Origin: Macrostomum lignano
Lineage: Eukaryota
NCBI GenBank assembly: GCA_002269645.1
Contig: NIVC01002731.1
Span: forward strand, 81,523 to 145,522
DNA: 64,000 nt
Direction of reading: 5' to 3'
In this document: piece after piece, positions 52,164-63,689 of the stretch
Position numbering within the stretch: position 1 is the first letter of the stretch
Layout: every line of letters begins with the position of its first letter
Position numbers and translations under genes: made by a program
Notes under the pieces: generated by a model
Databases searched by the model: none
Seen by the model: only the letters and a program-made list of their open reading frames with translations
What the model was told of the DNA's origin: nothing

Positions 52164-52735
52164 TGCAAAGTACGAGTATGGGCTACAATTATTAATTGCA
52201 TTTGCCATGCACTTCAATCCCGAAAAACCCTACTTTTAAGGCTTGCCTAAAAGCGTGCCAATATGCATTTAGTCCATTAACGCCTTCATTAGCTCACGCT
52301 CCAATTTCTGCAAAGGCCTGTGACAACAGACTCAAATTTGATATTGCCTATTGAATGGCTTGCTTAATACGCAAATAAAAATGCATAAAAATTACTGAGG
52401 AAACACTAGCTTTAGTAATGAAGTTTTATTCAACTGTCTGTGTCTGAAGGTGTATTAAAACTGTTCAAGAAGATCTTTAAAAAAACGACCGATACAAGCT
52501 GTGACGATGTTAAAGGAGATTAATATTGAATTGATGCTGTATAAGCCGTAACAGCATGTGACCGAGACCGCACTGTCCAGCGACCAATCAGCCTTGTCGG
52601 CCACCTGATCCCATCAACAAAGCTGATTATACAATTGCTTATCAGCAGCCGAAAGAATTCTCCAACGCATGTACATACGCTGAAGGAGATTAACTACTTA
52701 ATCCACAGAGGGTCATATTTTTCTCTTGAAAGTTT

Positions 52736-53425
52736 TCAGTACTTCTTGACGAACTTGGTCCAGCTCGGGTCGGTCTCGATGGCGTCGCCGACGCTCGAGT
52801 CAGCGAAGTCCAGCATGCGGCAGGCGCCGCTGGCCCGGTTGAACAGGACGGCCCGGCACTCCCAGCGCTGCACGCAGAGCCACAGGCAGTGAAGCTCCGA
52901 GCTCACCGAGGCGTCAGTGTAGCAGTAGACAGGACTGATGTTGCCCAGCCTCAGGAACTCCGCTCGCTCCAGGTACTGGCTGTTCGGCGTCGCGATCGGC
53001 TGGCAGACGAATTTTTTGTCCATATTCGCTTCTCTGTCTCGCAAGCCAGCTTTGCTGACAGCTACAAAGTCATCGTCTTTCGTGTGGCTGTTCGGCAAGC
53101 CGGACAGCCAGTCGCTGTCATCCAAAGTCGGAAACAGCGAGCCGTTGGCGAATCTCCAACCGCTGCGAGACCTGCCCGCCTCAGCCAGGAGGTCCGTCAC
53201 TCCGATCAAATAAGTATCAATCCAGTGATTGACAGCTCGGATGGCAGTCAGGTCCATCAGCAGCTCTCCGCCGATGCCCAGGCACAGTCTGGCTGCGTCG
53301 CACCAGCTGGAAACGCTAGGGTTGTCGCCGATGAAGACGCAGCTGCCCAGCCTGTCGATAAAGGGAGCAACGCAGTGAGCGGAGGCGGTAGCCATCAGCA
53401 CTGCGACCAGAGCCGGCTGAATCAT
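52736..53425 (-). CDS. Secreted intronless C-type-lectin-like + PAN/apple domain protein, copy 2
   Basis: 229-aa ORF, about 90% identical to copy 1 by eye, with an intact signal peptide. Confidence 0.82.
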   Translation of the reverse strand: MIQPALVAVLMATASAHCVAPFIDRLGSCVFIGDNPSVSSWCDAARLCLGIGGELLMDLTAIRAVNHWIDTYLIGVTDLLAEAGRSRSGWRFANGSLFPTLDDSDWLSGLPNSHTKDDDFVAVSKAGLRDREANMDKKFVCQPIATPNSQYLERAEFLRLGNISPVYCYTDASVSSELHCLWLCVQRWECRAVLFNRASGACRMLDFADSSVGDAIETDPSWTKFVKKY

Positions 53426-54230
53426 TATTCCGAAATTTGTTTTCTAGCCTCTATGCAGGTGCAGTTAGAAACACCAAAGTAACAGGACTGCATTTATTTT
53501 AAATCTTTTGCCAATGATGGAAGAGCGTACCCTGCTTATAGTGAGGGACTCTTACTGGCTCCTAGATGCCAGTGTGGGATCTGCATATCGGGTTTCATTG
53601 GTTGCGCAGTCCTCGGGCCTGTGTTGGGAGGCAGAAATGATTCCGTGTGGGATGGATACAGAGCTCATTTATGAATGGACTGTTTCATAATCGAAGCTGC
53701 TTGCTGAGACTTTGGAGAAACTTTGTGTGGCGATTTGTTATAAATAACACTTTCATTGCTAATTGGCAGCATCGGGAGCGCTACGTTAGAGCAGTTAAAA
53801 TTTCCGGCTTTGCGCTAAAAACCCTATAAAATTTTATTTAGATGAGGACAATTTCGGTTACCATGGCAACGAAGCTTGAGTTTTTTTCAAAATCAGTACC
53901 TATAGTATATTAATTTTGTGTAGTAAATATCAAATAGGTTGCGTAAATTTTTTTCTCGAAAAATACGTTAAAATCAAGACATAAATAAGAGTCTTTGAAT
54001 TAATTGTACAAAAAGAAATTCAGATGAAGCTTAAACATCTTGACGAAAATAAAATCAAGTGTATTATTTATATTGCTGCAAAACAAATAAATCAGTTTGA
54101 AACAAAATAAAGAAGACCAGAAAATCAGAATGAAAAATCAAACATTTTAAAGTAAGACTTGGAAAATGTTTTTGGATTTTTATCAGCCGATATGTATCGA
54201 AAGTAATATTAACGCATTATAAATCTGTTA

Positions 54231-57200
54231 TTAGTCAATCTGGCCGACCCATTCGTCGATTTTAAGCACAACCCGGCCGAGACTGGCCGACCTGTTGATG
54301 ACGAAATCGTGAGCGGCGCCCGCCTCGGCCAGGTGGAACTGGCGGTCCACTGTGGGCCGGAGCTGCCGGCCTGGGGGGGGGGGAAGAAGGGATGGGGCGG
54401 TATAACTCTGCACTTTTGAAACTTTTGAAGGGTAATGTGCTTAGAGAAAATCAATAACTTAGACAGCACCGTTGGTTACAAGCAGATTAAAAGGTAAAAG
54501 TGGACTAGAGGTAGCTCGTACGTAGAGCAGGTCCATGTTAAGTAAGGTAGTTTAAAAGGTAGGGTGTTAAGTGGTTGGTAAAGTAAAATCGAAAGTAGGT
54601 TGGTTAGTACGTAAGTAAGTAGATAAAAAAGTAGGTTGATACTGTAGGTAGGTAGGTAGATAGACACGAAAATAGGTAGTGTTGGCCTGGCCGTACACCG
54701 TTTAACTCTCTGACCCTCAAGTGCACAATGCCTGCCCCCGTCACTCTGCAGCCAATCAGCTTGCACGCTTCTTGTTTATCTGGCGCTTACCCCTTACCCC
54801 TACCCTTTTCTTACCCCTAAAACAAATCTACATTGGCATCGCTAGCAGGAATGTCTGTGCCTCTACAACTGCCCCCACCTGAGCCTTTCGATTACTCAGA
54901 AAAAGCTACACAACCTCTCAGCACGGTGGACAGAATGGGCCAACCAATTCAAGTGCTTTGTGACTGCAAGGGGCATAGCAGATGCAAGTCAACAACGAGA
55001 GATTCTAATTTACGTCGGCGGCAAACAGGTGGCTGAAGCGTACGCAGAACTCACGAGACCAGTGCAAAACAAGCATCTACTCGTCATAGTTTACCATTTC
55101 TCCCGGAATCCGATAGTCATCTGTATGTCCTCCATGACAGCCGAGACGGTTACCAAGCAGCTTCGGAAGTTATTCTCCACGTTCGGCAGACCAGCGCAGC
55201 TCGTCTCAGACAATGGGCCCCCGTTCAGCTCGCAAGCCTTCCACGACTTCCTCCGCAGCAACGGCGTGTAGCACCGCTCCATGACTCCGTACCACCCGGC
55301 AGCAAATGGAGTCACCGAACGCATCAACCGCTCGATTAACAAGATCATCCGCATCGCAAGCATCAAGAAATCCGACTGGCGGGCCGCACTCGAAGACTGG
55401 CTGGAGGCCTACCGCAACACGCCGCACAGCAGCACTGGAGCGACCCCTGCGGAGCTGATGTTCCAGCGACAGGTGCAAGACTGCATCCCCAGCATGCGGC
55501 AGCGCAGCCGAGTGCCCAGCACTTTGGCCGCGGTCAGGGCTCGCGACAGCGCCGCCAAACAACGGATGGCGCGCCGAAGAGCCGCCAGCCACAACGTCAG
55601 GACAGGCGACTCGGTGCTGCGCAGGCGGCGCCCTGCCTCCAAAATGCAGACACCCTTCGAGCCAGAGCCGTGGGTCGTCGAGGATGTTAAAGGCGACTCC
55701 CTCATCCTGCGCAGAGCGCACGAGTCCTGCATGCGCCACATCACGGACCTCAAGCGCCAGCCGACAACCGACTTCCCGCCACCGTCGCCCACGCCGCCAC
55801 CGACCGAAGGCAGGCCGAAGTCACCCGAGTCCATCGCGCAGTGGGCTCACCCACGTGCGTGTAAAAGCCGACCAATGAGTTTAAACCACTGAGCTAATTG
55901 ACTGACTTTGCAAGAAACTGACTGATCTTTTTAATTTTACTAGCAAACTGTGCGCTCCCCATTTTTCGGTCAAGGAGTGTCCCTGCCGGTCTCGTTTTAT
56001 TTTTTAATCTTCAGCTGCATAGCTTTTAGCTTTTGCTTCAAAGGCCAAATATTCGCAAATAATGCTCGTATTTATATTCGAAACTAATGCTCGTGTTTAT
56101 ATTCAAAACTAATGCTCGTATTTATATTCGAAAATAATGCCCGTGTTTATATTCGAAAATAATGCCCGTGTTTATATTCGAAACTAATGCCCGTGTTTAT
56201 ATTCGAAACTAATGCCCGTGTTTATATTCGAAAATAATGCCCGTGTTTATATTCGAAACTAATGCTTGTGTTTATATTCGAAAATAATGCCCGTGTTTAT
56301 ATTCGAAACTAATGCTTGTGTTTATATTCGAAAATAATGCCCGTGTTTATTTTCGAAAATAATTCCCGTGTTTATATTCGAAACTAATGCTCGTGTTTAT
56401 TTTCATAAGCAATGCTCATGTTTGCGTTTATGCTCTAATGGATATTCGTTCTCACATCCGTATATTTTCATACTATTTACTCACATCCATTCCCCCTGAT
56501 TCCCACTTCGAAATGTTTACTTAGCTTCCCATTTGCTCTTATCTCCTAACTTTTATCCGCTTGGGGAAGGATGTTGGCCGTACACCGTTTAACTCTCTGA
56601 CCCTTAAGTGCACAATGCCTGCCCCCGTCACTCTGCAGCCAATCAGCTTGCACGCTTCTTGTTTATCAGGCGCAGCTCCACTTTAAAAGCTGCTTACTAT
56701 ATATATATTAACGAACAAATATATATGTTGGCGCTCAAGGCCGCGCAATGGCCAAGCCTTTTCTTACCCCTAAAACAAATCTACAGGTACTGGTAGGTAA
56801 GTAGACACGTAGGTAGGTTGGCAGCCAGTCAGGTAGATACAAAAGTAGACTGGTAGGTTAGGTAGGTTGATAAGGAAGTAGGTAGGTAAGTAGATACAAA
56901 AGTAGGTTGGAAGGTAGAAACGAAGGTAGGTTGGTTGGTTGGTAGGTAGGTTGATACGACAGTAGGTTGGTTGGGTGTCAGGTAGATACGAAGGTAGATA
57001 GGTAGTCAGATAAGTGTACACAAATGGGCAAGCAGACATAAAAGTGTATGAGCAGATGCATGTGGTCCGATAAATAGATTCCAAATGAACCCAAGACAGA
57101 CTGCTCACCTTCAACATCTCGCTGATCAACTTGGCGTACTCGGCCAGTTCAACATCTGTCGACCGGCGCAGGAACACGCCGGTCACGCTGACCTCCTTGG

Positions 57201-58343
57201 ACATCGTCAGGCGCGGATTGAAGTTCAGCGAGCCCCGATTGCCGACAATCACAATGCGGCCACTAGGTGAAGCCAGTCGACAGTCGGTGGCCAAATTAAC
57301 GTTGGCCAGCATCTCCACAGTCAGATGGACACCGTCAGTGTCGGCGGTTTCAACAGCGATGGCGTCGGCGTAGTCTGGGTCGTGGTGATCGAATGCCATG
57401 TTAGCGCCGCAGTCAAGAGCGAGCTGACGGCCTTCCGGACTGCCTGGGGCGGGTGGGCGTTTTGTGGCGTCACATGACGTTGGCGAGTAAAAAGACTGGG
57501 CAAGTGACAGAGCTGGTGTAAATTTAGAGGGGTAGGAGAGCTACAGGGGAAGGGCTGGTGTACATTTAGAGGGGGTAGGAAAGCTAGGCAGGGGAAGGGC
57601 TGGTGTACATTTAGAGGGGGTAGGAAAGCTAGGCAGGGGAAGGGCTGGTGTACATTTAGAGGGGGTAGGAAATCTAGGCAGGGGAAGGGCTGGTGTACAT
57701 TTAAGCTAAGAAATTAAAATAGCAACTAGCAAGCCAACCAGCAGTCGCCAGCACTCGCATGCCCAGATTAGCGGCCAGTTGGCAGCACAGCAGGCCAACA
57801 GCGCCGCTGGCGCCGTGTATCAAAACTGTCTGACCGGCGCGAGCGCCGCCGCAGGTGCGCAGAGCGCGCAGAGCAGTAAAAGCTGGCACGCCTAGACAAG
57901 CACCCTCCAGCCAAGAGACATTGTCAGGCAGTCGAAACGTATTGGATTGGCTAGCTAGCACCAGCTGAGCGTAAGAGCCGCTCACTGTGCCCATTGTGTA
58001 CACGCGTTCTCCAGTTTTTAGTCGTTTAGGTACGTCTTTGCCGACTGCTACAACCTATTGATAAGTTACGATTGAATATAGTTATTTTCGATACGTATCG
58101 GCAATGCCCCTGTTTTGAAATTGACTTTACCTCTCCAGCACAGTCGGAACCAGGAGTGTAAGGCAGCTTTGGCAGTGTAGCATATTGACCAGATCGAATG
58201 TATGTTTCAACTGGATTAACACCAGCTGCGAGAGCTTTGATTAACACCTGACCAGGGCCGGGTGACAGGCTACTAACATCTGCTGAGGCCATTTGCAGCA
58301 CCGAAGACGGACCAAATTGGCTGACTCTGATACAGTTATACAT
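54231..58343 (-). CDS. CRYZ: Quinone oxidoreductase / zeta-crystallin (MDR family)
   Basis: Exons 58343-58131 (IRVSQFG, AGVNPVETYIRSG, LPYTPGSDCAG), 58054-57739 (GVPAFTA, VLIHGASGAVG), 57443-57109 (VEMLANVNL..D, GRIVIVGNRG) and 54370-54231 (LRPTVDRQFHLAEAGAAH..GRVVL). The last exon needs 1 extra base at its start. Confidence 0.9.
54680..56785 (+). mobile_element. Internally deleted Gypsy LTR element (2.1 kb) in a CRYZ intron, antisense to the host gene
   Basis: LTRs with TG..CA ends at 54680-54832 and 56572-56785, PBS TGGCATCGCTAGCAGGA, PPT GGGGAAGGA and a near-TSD GGTAG/GGTAC. The gag N-terminus is joined directly to the integrase core (LVSDNGPPF, PYHPAANG..ER.NR). Confidence 0.88.
56060..56400. 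repeat. 24-bp minisatellite inside the LTR element's 3' region
   Basis: AAATAATGCCCGTGTTTATATTCG tandem copies. Confidence 0.93.
57530..57702. repeat. ~45-bp minisatellite, CRYZ intron
   Basis: GGGAAGGGCTGGTGTACATTTAGAGGGGGTAGGAAAGCTAGGCAG, about 4 copies. Confidence 0.85.
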
Positions 58344-58443
58344 TTCTGTGTGGTCTGCGGAGTGTGGCCAAAGCTCGAGTCATGCAATAGCGTTTTCGGT
58401 TGCATGGTGAATAAATTCACAAGAAATGCCACATGTCAACAAG

Positions 58444-58515
58444 TCCCTGATGGTCTAGCGGTTAGGATTCCTGGCTCTCACCCAGGCGGCCCGGGTTCGA
58501 CTCCCGGTCAGGGAA
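58444..58515 (+). tRNA. trnE: tRNA-Glu(CTC)
   Basis: Acceptor stem TCCCTGA/TCAGGGA, D arm, anticodon arm CCTGG-CT-CTC-AC-CCAGG and T arm GGTTCGACTCC; a T4 Pol III terminator follows at ~58520. Confidence 0.96.
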
Positions 58516-59170
58516 TATAATTTTGCCCCTGTTTAGACCGCTTAATTGCAAACAACGGACAGCTCTTTTATCTAACCTAAAAAGCCAATTTTAAAGGAAG
58601 TTATCCTTATACTCTAAGGATATAAAAGAACTTAAGGAAAGCGTTACCTTTTAATTTTATGAAAACTATTATGCATTTACTTTAACAACTGCATTACTAC
58701 TATTTTCGATACATATCGGATGTCTCTATCTTCAGTACTGCTGCATATCTTTGATGTCTATAATTTTCAATGAATTTGGCTAACTGATCTAAATATAAGC
58801 TTTATAACAGTGAGAGAAAAGAAAAACAATATTTGAAATGGGCATTCTGATGTTAACGTTTTTGACTTTTTTAGTGGGAGCGCGAACTTAATTAATCCAA
58901 GCATATTTGGTACAACTGCCCTTAAGTCCCTAACATGCCTCATCTTGGCTAACTAGACGCAAAACAAGCGAGCTAAATCGAAACAAATTATAAGATAGTC
59001 AAGAAAAAATTGATAAAAAGCTTTTTTTCTGTTTTAGTTGAATATATATCCAGTAAAATATGTATTTATAAATACAAATAAATCGAAATTACACGTAGTT
59101 TATTTTCTCTACTTGCAGTAGAAAGCTAAGCATTTTTTGTAAAAATTGCAAAAAAGCGCCAAAAAGCCAA

Positions 59171-59715
59171 TCAGTTGGCAGTCGGCAGGCTGAAATTTTC
59201 CATCAGAAATTTGTCTAATGCATCCTTTTTATCCGGCGAGAAACTATTTAGCGGTGCCGGCACTTTCAGCTTGCCGCTAGTCAAGGCGCTCATTACCGCC
59301 CGCTTATTGGTGGCGGCCAGTTTGCCCAGTTTGGCCTTTTCCGACTCAGACTGGGTGGCCAGCCAATCTGAAACGATGGCACGCAGCCGCAGGTCGGCCT
59401 GGTGCAGCAGCGACATCGAGCAGACCTCCCGCGCCTCTGCCGCCTGCTTGGCCGCCAATTCGGGATCCGCCGGCGGCTCGAACGGATTTGCCAGACAGTC
59501 TCGGATTAGCGAATGGAGCCGGCCGTTTACGCTGCTGTCCGAGTAGCTGGCAACAAATTGGAACGATATGTATCGAACATGTGTTTTTTAGAGTAGAAAC
59601 TTGTGATTGAAGCCTAATTCTTGTGGTTTTGCGTACGTCTGCCGCCTGCGTGCCTGCTTGTCTGTCTGTGTGTCTGTCTGTCTGGCTGTCTGTCTGTCTG
59701 TCTGTCTGTCTGCCC

Positions 59716-59762
<47 letters not shown>

Positions 59763-59806
59763 GTGTCTGTCTGTCTGCCCTGTCTGTCTGCCCTGTCTGT
59801 CTGCCC

Positions 59807-59857
<51 letters not shown>

Positions 59858-59940
59858 GTGTCTGTCTGGCTGTCTGTCTGCCAGTCTGTGTGTCTGCCTG
59901 CCCTGTCTGTCTGTCTGTCTGTCTGTCTTTCTCTCTGCCC

Positions 59941-60001
<61 letters not shown>

Positions 60002-60119
60002 GCCCTGTCTGTGTGTCTGTCTGTCTGCCCTGTCTGTCTGTCTGTCTGTCTGCCCTGTCTGTGTGTCTGTCTGTCTGCCCTGTCTGTGTGTCTGTCTGTC
60101 TGCCCTGTCTGTCTGTCTT

Positions 60120-60166
<47 letters not shown>

Positions 60167-60340
60167 GGTCTGTCTGTGTGTCTGTGTGTCTGCCCTGTCT
60201 GTGTGTCTGTCTGTCTGCCCTGTCTGTCTGTCTGTCTGTCTGTCTGCCCTGTCTGTGTGTCTGTCTGTCTGTCTGTCTGTCTGCCCTGTCTGTGTGTCTG
60301 TCTGTCTGTCTGCCCTGTCTGTGTGTCTGCCTGTCTGCCC

Positions 60341-60373
<33 letters not shown>

Positions 60374-60469
60374 GGCTGTCTGTCTGTCTGGTCTGTCTGT
60401 GTGTCTGTCTGTCTGCCCTGTCTGTGTGTCTGTCTGTCTGCCCTGTCTGTCTGCCCTGTCTGTCTGCCC

Positions 60470-60504
<35 letters not shown>

Positions 60505-60622
60505 GTGTCTGTCTGGCTGTCTGTCTGCCAGTCTGTGTGTCTGCCTGCCCTGTCTGTCTGTCTGTCTGTCTGCCCTGTCTGTCTGTCTGTCTGCCCTGTC
60601 TGTCTGCCCTGTCTGTCTGCCC

Positions 60623-60681
<59 letters not shown>

Positions 60682-60832
60682 GTGTCTGTCTGGCTGTCTG
60701 TCTGCCCTGTCTGTGTGTCTGTCTGTCTGCCCTGTCTGTCTGCCCTGTCTGTGTGTCTGTCTGTCTGCCCTGTCTGTCTGCCCTGTCTGTGTGTCTGTCT
60801 GTCTGTGTGTCTGTCTGCCCTGTCTGTCTGTG

Positions 60833-60869
<37 letters not shown>

Positions 60870-60901
60870 GCCCTGTCTGTCTGTCTGTCTGTCTGTCTGT
60901 G

Positions 60902-60946
<45 letters not shown>

Positions 60947-61823
60947 GCCTATCTGTCTGTCTGTCTGTCTGTCTGTCTGCCCTGTCTGTCTGTCTGTCTG
61001 TCTGTGTGTCTGTCTGTCTGTCTGTCTGTCTGTCTGCCCTGTCTGTCTGTCTGTCTGTCTGTCTTCAAATATGTGTCTTTTATTGAATGCTGATTTATTT
61101 ACAGTGTCCAGATAAACCCGAAACACGCACAATCAGGCGATATGTATCGAAACAACTCACTGTCCAGCGCTGTCCAGAAAGCCGAGATCGCTCTGGCCAA
61201 ACAGGCAGACAAATTTCTCCCAAGGGTTTCGCTCCGGATTGGGCGCCTCGAGACGTTCCCACATCCTGTCAATCACGGCAGGCGGCACCGGCTTGTCTCG
61301 AATCGAGTTCACGAGCTTTAGCTGGGCCAGACTGGCCTTCAGGTAGACTGTGCCGAACCCGCAGCTGTCTGTGACGGTGTGCAAATGAAAACATATCTTT
61401 GGGATTTGAATCTCATTTGGAAATGTCATCCCTGGGGATTTAAATTTGATTAAGTTTTAACTAATTAACTGACTGACTGACTGACTGACTGACTGACTGA
61501 CTGACTGACTGACTGACTGACTGACTGACTGACTGACTGACTGACTGACTGACTGACTGACTGACTGACTGACTGACTGACTGACTGACTGACTGACTGA
61601 CTGACTGACTGACTGACTGACTGACTGACTGACTGACTGACTGACTGACTGACTGACTGACTGACTGACTGACTGACTGACTGACTGACTGACTGACTGA
61701 CTGATGATAACTAACTAACTAACTAACTAATTAACTAACTAACTAACTAACTAATTAACTAACTAACTAACTAACTAACTAATTAATTAACTAACTAACT
61801 AATTAACTAACTAATTAATTAAT

Positions 61824-61854
<31 letters not shown>

Positions 61855-62648
61855 TTAATTAACTAACTAACTAATTAATTAACTAACTAACTAATTAATT
61901 AAGTAACTAACTAACTAATTAATTAACTAACTAAATAACTAACTAACTAATTAATTAACTAACTAACTAAATAACTAACTAACTAATTAATTAACTAACT
62001 AATTAACTAACTAACTAATTAACTAACTAACTAACTAAACAACTAACTGAATAACTAAACAACTAACAAACTAACTAAACAACTAGCTAACTAATTAAAC
62101 AACAAACTAATAAATAGCTATCAAAGCTGCAGCTCGGAATCCCACACAGAAAAGAGCATTTTAACTCAGAAGCTCACAGTGCCTGGCCAGCTGGAACACG
62201 GCATGCCGCATGCTGGCATAGTAGAAGTTGTCATCCAGAAGAATCACCCGACCCCAATCTGCGGGCTTCATCTCAGCTTCCGTCATCAGACCGGTTAAAT
62301 CCGGCTCTAAAGATGCATCGTCATCATCAGAAAAGTACGTCTTGCTACCGTTCACTAATCGGCATAACAATTTATCAAGACTTTTCAACAGAGCCTGACG
62401 CGCCAGCTTCCAAGATGAAGCTTCATCGCTATCGTAATTAGCGCCAATCTGCACTGCAGAGTCTGGCACGAACGAGTCGAACTCAACATGGTGGCATCGA
62501 ATAGTTGCACTGTCGGGTGCTGAAGCTGCTGGCAGCAGAGGGAGCGGCACAGACTGCTGCACAGGGTGGTTTTGCCGCAGCCAGGCAGACCCATCACAAT
62601 CAACAGGGCCGTCGTCTGCTGGCCGTCTGGCTTTGCTGTCTGTTGCAT
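59171..62648 (-). CDS. PSTK: L-seryl-tRNA(Sec) kinase
   Basis: Exons 62648-62178 (P-loop GLPGCGKTT; [19 protein letters not shown]; 1-bp frameshift near 62535), 61368-61161 ([19 protein letters not shown]...NPWEK) and 59546-59171 (HQADLRLR). Confidence 0.88.
59660..61065. repeat. Interrupted (CTGT)n microsatellite, PSTK intron 2
   Basis: Read directly from the sequence. Confidence 0.97.
61468..62110. repeat. (GACT)n switching to (AACT/AATT)n microsatellite, PSTK intron 1
   Basis: Read directly from the sequence. Confidence 0.96.
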
Positions 62649-62688
62649 GGCTGAAATTTTTTATTATTTTAATTCCTGTATTAGTCAG

Positions 62689-62990
62689 GCCCTGGTGTAG
62701 TTTAAGCGACACTTGTCACTACTGCCCATTCCACCGACGACTCCCCTGGGCAGTCATGCCCGAAGGCAGACACTCACACAGGAGTGCACAGTGGCCCTGA
62801 CTTAAATTATCGTTAGGCATGTACACTTCACTGTGCCTTGGGGTTGGTCCTCAAGGCCGTTAATTGCACGAGCAGAGCTGCAGCCAAGATTCCAATTCAG
62901 CCCAAAATTAATGTGACTGCACTTGGAATCGAGCCTGGGTCGCTGGCACATCAGAGCGCCGCGTTAGGCCATCAGACCACGCCAAGTCTA
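62689..62990 (-). mobile_element. tRNA-derived SINE-like element
   Basis: The minus strand has an A box TGGTCTGATGG and a B box GCTCGATTCC in a tRNA-like head. Its distal part matches 1785-1925. Confidence 0.55.
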
Positions 62991-63689
62991 AGTTCATGTA
63001 CGCTGAAAAATGTATGCCTTTTTCTTTGAGTACTTTTTTATAGTTGTGAAGTCGGGTGGAAAAAGAGATTAGATGTAAGATAGAGGAGATAGACTCTGAG
63101 AAGGTTCAAATGTAAAGTTGGGTGCTCAGGGGACTTATAGACGCAATAGTCGGCCACGCTATCTGACTCAGCCGCTCTGCTCTGAAAGGAATAGACAGGG
63201 AAGATGAGGATGAGTAGGGAGCAGAGATAGACGCAAATATGGCATAATTAGACATGTAAGAGTTGCTGGACTAATTAGATAAATACGCTCGTAACATGCT
63301 GAATACACGCACAATAGAAAGAATGTTTAATTAGCATTGAGCAAGTCTGATTTGATTTGACAGAATGTTGAGCCCAACCCGCGTAGTGTCAGGTTCAACA
63401 AATAATTTAGTTATTATATACGAGAGGCAAAGCAAATGCGCTGCAGTGTATTTCAGATTAAAAACAGGCATTTACGCTCTTAAAACGCAAAAATTGCATT
63501 AATACAGATAATTATTACTACGTACCAAACACATAAAGCTTACAAAGGCTAAGAGATTAGGGCCAGATTATTAAGAGATCAGGCTGGCCTATGATTCATA
63601 TATCATAAAAGGTCTATGATTCAAATGGATTAGAGATTGAGTATCGAGAAGTTTGGTGGAAATCATCCAAGGAGATGGAACAGGAAATT

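Noticed and set aside
58444-58515. Possibility that the tRNA next to PSTK is tRNA-Sec (a selenocysteine gene cluster)
   Set aside because: The anticodon is CTC, the length is 72 nt with a short variable loop, and the sequence is a standard tRNA-Glu.
59588-61132. ~500-aa TDRQ / VCLS ORFs
   Set aside because: They are translations of the (CTGT)n microsatellite within a PSTK intron.
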